A stretch of 64,000 nt of DNA from Lophium mytilinum (Eukaryota), in contig MU004181.1 of NCBI GenBank assembly GCA_010093605.1, positions 1,550,001-1,614,000 on the forward strand, read 5' to 3'. Below, piece after piece: positions 60,109 to 64,000 of this stretch (its first letter is position 1; every line of letters begins with the position of its first letter). The notes under the pieces were generated by a model, which was not told the origin of the DNA, made no database searches, and worked only from the letters and a program-made list of their open reading frames with translations. Position numbers and translations under genes: made by a program.

Positions 60109-61629
60109 ATGCCTTTCTTTCTGAGCAGCAACTTTTCCGAACGATCACCGACTCCACCTCTTCCAACAATCGGAATAGGAGACACAGAAATGCCGGGAGA
60201 CTCCAGTCATGTCCATGATCCAGAGCCAGAAGAAGGCATTCCGGCTCTAGCGAACTGGACGCGCGCCGTCAACGGCCAGGCTCAGAAGCATGGCCCTACG
60301 CATAACGCCATCAAGTACCTTGTTGCTGAACAAGCAGGATTTCGAAATGCTTGGGCCTTGGGTATCGCGCCGCCTCCATGTAAGTTTAGATGCGCTTCTC
60401 CACTTAGCAGCCGTGCTAACAAAACCGACACAGCTATCAATGTCCCGCCCCATATAGTCCAGCGGACGCCCGGTTTCTTCGAGGAACAGGATATCTCGTC
60501 CATGACCCCGCAGCCTTTTGTAACTCCGGCGATGCAACGCCTAGCATCTCATGCTCTGTATACTGGAAATGTGACAACGCCGGGAAGCACTACGGAAGCT
60601 ATAAAGACTGTCCATGTCAAGTTCGTGCTACAACAGATCGGTACCAAGAGAAGGTTTGTGCTTGTAGAGGAAGAAGTTGATGAAACTTTTGAACCCTTCG
60701 AAACTCCCGTCAGGAACACCAACGGTGAACCTATGGAGGGCGGTGACAGTGTTTCTACAGTCAGCAAGTGTGGTATCTACAAGGAAATCCCTCCTGACAC
60801 TATCAATGTCCAATTGTTGGGAGGTTTGGAGATAACCGCAGAGGAGCTTCTCACTGTAAGTGTCTTTTCCAAGACCCTCAGATTGCGTGTAGTAAACGCG
60901 AATGGCTAACACCACTAGTTCTTTCCTTTGCATACGGGCTGGCACTACGGTATCAATCGCCTAATCCAGAATGGCTGGAAATTCGATGCCATCTCTAAGT
61001 TCATCGTTAGTACAACAGCGCCGCTATAGTAGCTTCAAACTAACTTCATGCAGAACTGGGCAAGAAACCTTCAACCCTCGGTAGGCCGGGGTCGCCTTCC
61101 AGCTGCAATCGAGATGCAAATCATTCGCTCAGATGACCGTATACATAATGGCCGGAAATTTGGGAGAGTGGCGCCACGTCCCGAAGGCAGGATCGATGAT
61201 CTGACCATGACCCACTGGGAGTTGCCCCGTCGTAGGGGCTACAGATTACAGGACTACCTTCTACAAGACATCATCAAAGGTGTTGCTCACTTCCCTACTG
61301 GCGAAGGCCGGCGAGAACTCACGATGGCGATGGAGTACGCCAGAGAAAATCCAGACGAACTCTCAACGACGGTGTTGGGTAAACGCCTTATGGTCAGCGA
61401 CATCCCAGTGCTCATCTACAAGCACGGATTTTCCAGCCGGGTCACGCCGATAAGCGTGGGAACCGAACCACACGATCATCCGGACTTTCGCGCGGCCGAG
61501 AGATACCGCGACAAGATAGATAAGCACGACAGACTGGCGAAGCAATATCTCGAGGTTATTGCTCCTGATAATACACCTTCCAGGACGCCATCCAAGAGAA
61601 AAGAGAGGAAAACCTACGAAGAACTTTGA
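60109..61629 (+). CDS. Hypothetical fungal protein, multi-exon (start uncertain)
   Basis: ORF pieces join through canonical introns (60380-60433, ~60856-60918, ~61005-61053) to give ...LEITAEELLT|FFPLHTGWHYGINRLIQNGWKFDAISKFI|NWAR... Confidence 0.65.
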
Positions 61630-62525
61630 GACGGGCTTCACACAATTAACAATATCAAGGCCCCGGGACGAAGGCGTGTGTATGATACGTTTGGAGGGCT
61701 TTGTACTAATTCCGGGCTAATCCGAAGGGTGTTTCTGACAGGCCTGATACCTCACAAGGTCACTTCAGTGGATGGCAGATGAGTGTACACACAGATTGAT
61801 GTCTAACGATAAACACATCCTGAACGGCGAGGGGGGGCGTTCACGTGTTCGAGGTAGGTTCACCGGTTTTGTTTGATGTGCGGCACTATCATTTGCAAAA
61901 TGCACTGTAGCTTCCAGTAGGGCGATCCCATTAAGGTAATGGGCTATTGAATAAATTTACTTGCTTTTCAAAACCATACCCACAGAAACTACTTGCACAA
62001 TGCCACCGGTTCTAGAAAACTACGACCTAAGTATGTACAACGAGGTATACAAATTCCTTCCCGAGTTATACATTGGTTACAGCCAATAAAAGTGGCACGT
62101 AAGTATGCAACATTGACAATAGCATGAGAACGTCTAAAGTGCTCGTGAAGTGCAGGAGTTCATACTGGGCATAGACGATTGTAGACAACGGTAAGTTTTG
62201 GAAGGACATAAGCCATAGGTTACGGATTAGTCTTATCTCTCATACGGCGCCACTTCCGTCGACGATAACTCGCCAAGGTATCTTGTCCATTATCTGCTGA
62301 CGCTCAATCGAAAGAGCCTCTGCTTCAAAAATATCGCCGTTTCTTACAATTTTCCACAATACGAAGCATCTCAGGAGAACGCGGCTAGTGAGGGCTATAG
62401 GATTCTTGCCCTACCAAGACTTCGATATCCAACGCCCTCTCCGCATCGCATTCGCCTCTTCTCTTTGCAAAATCCCTTCTCATACAGCTCATCCCCAGGC
62501 CTCCTCATCCGCTTAGTGAAACCTC

Positions 62526-63235
62526 CTACCCTCGTCTCCCCATAGGAGTCTCATGAAACGCACTACCAGGAGTCCCATATCTCCTCCGGCTCCCAGGTGT
62601 TCCCGACACCCCGCTCCTGCTCCCAGGCGTTCCCGACACGCCCCTCCCGCGCCCACCCTCACCACTCCTCACCGCGGTAATCTTTCCCCCAGGGCCTATA
62701 ACCCACGGCGCGCTGGAGAGAGCATACGGTGACAGTCCCTCTCGTATCATCTCATGAAACACCTGAAAGAGCTTCGTATCATAGAATTCGCCGCGATGGT
62801 CAACTACCCCCCATATCTTGTTAGCCCACCATATTCAACTCTCTTTAGATGCTTTCTGATGATGCACGAGACTCACGCTTCGCTTGTACAACCTGCACGT
62901 TATAGTCCGGCACAAAGCCCCACCGCACCGGGCGCTGCGCCGTCGGCTCCGTCATCACGTCCATACCGTTGGCTTTGTAGGTCGTGACGACGTCGGCGAA
63001 GAAGGCGTCGAAGCGGGGGTGGAGTTTGAATACGTAGCGGTCCCTTTGGTTTGGTTGGATTAGCGACGTGAAGAGGTGAGCTAGGTTTGGGGGAGGGGAA
63101 GTGGGCGTACCAGTTTCCGCGCCTGGAACTGGCGACGATGGTCCAAGTGATATCCTGCTGTGCGGGAGGAAGAGCAGAGGCGAGTTGGGGCGGGCCGAGA
63201 GCTTTCCATTTCTCTTTGTAGGAGATGCGGGCCAT
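62526..63235 (-). CDS. Small hypothetical protein, 3 exons, C-terminal GVSGTPGSR repeats
   Basis: Two canonical introns (GTACGC...GCTAAT...AAG; GTGAGT...GCTAAC...TAG) give a continuous frame: ...RRGNW|DRYVFKLHP...QAK|LDHRGEFYDTK... Confidence 0.6.
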
Positions 63236-63581
63236 ATTTTGGGATGACTAGTGAGGTTGGCGGTGGTTGTGTAGGAGAGGCCTAGTAAAGAAGCGTAGTA
63301 GTATGGAGGTTGGACCGTGGTGTTGAGTAGTTTTTTTTTTGGCTAGGTGGTGAATTGCAATTTCTCTTTTTTACATCGCGACGTCACCGTCTATCACCGG
63401 ATCTTGTCAGAATTTTCAAAAGACAACCTCGAAGAGCGAAAGCAAAGCACTAACTCGATACTTACGACTAGCCAAGTACGCTCAGTAGCCAACTTACTAA
63501 CCTACCGCCTGTTAAGGATCTCCGACACCCGTCTGATCCATCTCGTCCAATACTGAACATACTCCGCCATCCATCTTCCAA

Positions 63582-64000
63582 TCACACTGCAGTCGTCGCC
63601 CTCCTCGCCGTAAACGCCCTCACCGCTTCCGCCATCCGACTGCCTTCCCCGCGTCTCCACCTCCTCCCCTTACCGCGCTCGATCGTGACGTTCGGGCTCA
63701 GTACCACAGCCACGCCGCCATGGGCCTTGGAAACTGGCGTTGTGTGCTCCTCGCTGTTGACCATTACCCCTCCAATAAGTGCTTCCTCTTCATCGCGAAC
63801 AGAAGCGGATCCCCCCAGCTCCAACTCTCGCGTAATGGCTCTCATTCCACCTTGTCTTCCCTGGAACGGATCAGACGCGCTCTCATGCTGCGACTCCGCC
63901 GCATCTATGAACAGCTCAGTGCCAATCTCAACGCCACCAACAGTAATGGAGTGCCCATGGGAGAAGGAATCAGAGCGTGAGGACGAGGTAGAGTCCCATG
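63582..64000 (-). CDS. 3' end of a hypothetical gene extending beyond the window
   Basis: Frame is open from 63998 (WDSTSSSRSDSF...GGMRAITRELEL...) to TGA at 63582. Confidence 0.45.
   Translation of the reverse strand, partial: WDSTSSSRSDSFSHGHSITVGGVEIGTELFIDAAESQHESASDPFQGRQGGMRAITRELELGGSASVRDEEEALIGGVMVNSEEHTTPVSKAHGGVAVVLSPNVTIERGKGRRWRRGEGSRMAEAVRAFTARRATTAV

Overview
Intron-containing genomic DNA from a filamentous ascomycete (Pezizomycotina, probably Dothideomycetes; taxon inferred from gene content and GT...CTRAY...YAG introns). It holds about 27 protein genes. Housekeeping or otherwise recognisable genes: RPL23, TED1, a GH5 exo-1,3-beta-glucanase, GHITM/BI-1, DOM34, a UCH-L3/YUH1 deubiquitinase, a ZNF207/BuGZ-like protein, an atypical 6PGDH, PEX2, KAP120, CAB2, IPI3, an FSH hydrolase and RPN5. 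Accessory-type genes: an FMO, two methyltransferases, a CYP65-like P450, two F-box proteins, a Cys-3/MetR-like bZIP, a Zn2Cys6 factor and several hypotheticals. I recognised no tRNA, rRNA, CRISPR array or intact transposon. Best leads: (1) an intact gene carrying an isolated Helitron/Pif1-type helicase 2B segment without ATPase motifs, embedded in a TQ-rich disordered protein; (2) two unusually long introns (GHITM and the MetR-like bZIP) that fold into extensive stems over or beside cryptic splice signals, one with a candidate 11-nt poison micro-exon; (3) a ~235-nt multibranched candidate RNA downstream of KAP120; (4) a PTS2-bearing N-terminal extension on the FSH hydrolase; (5) a beta-propeller protein combining a PPxY motif with a CaaX box. 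All family calls come from motif recognition by eye and all folds were worked out by hand; no searches were run.
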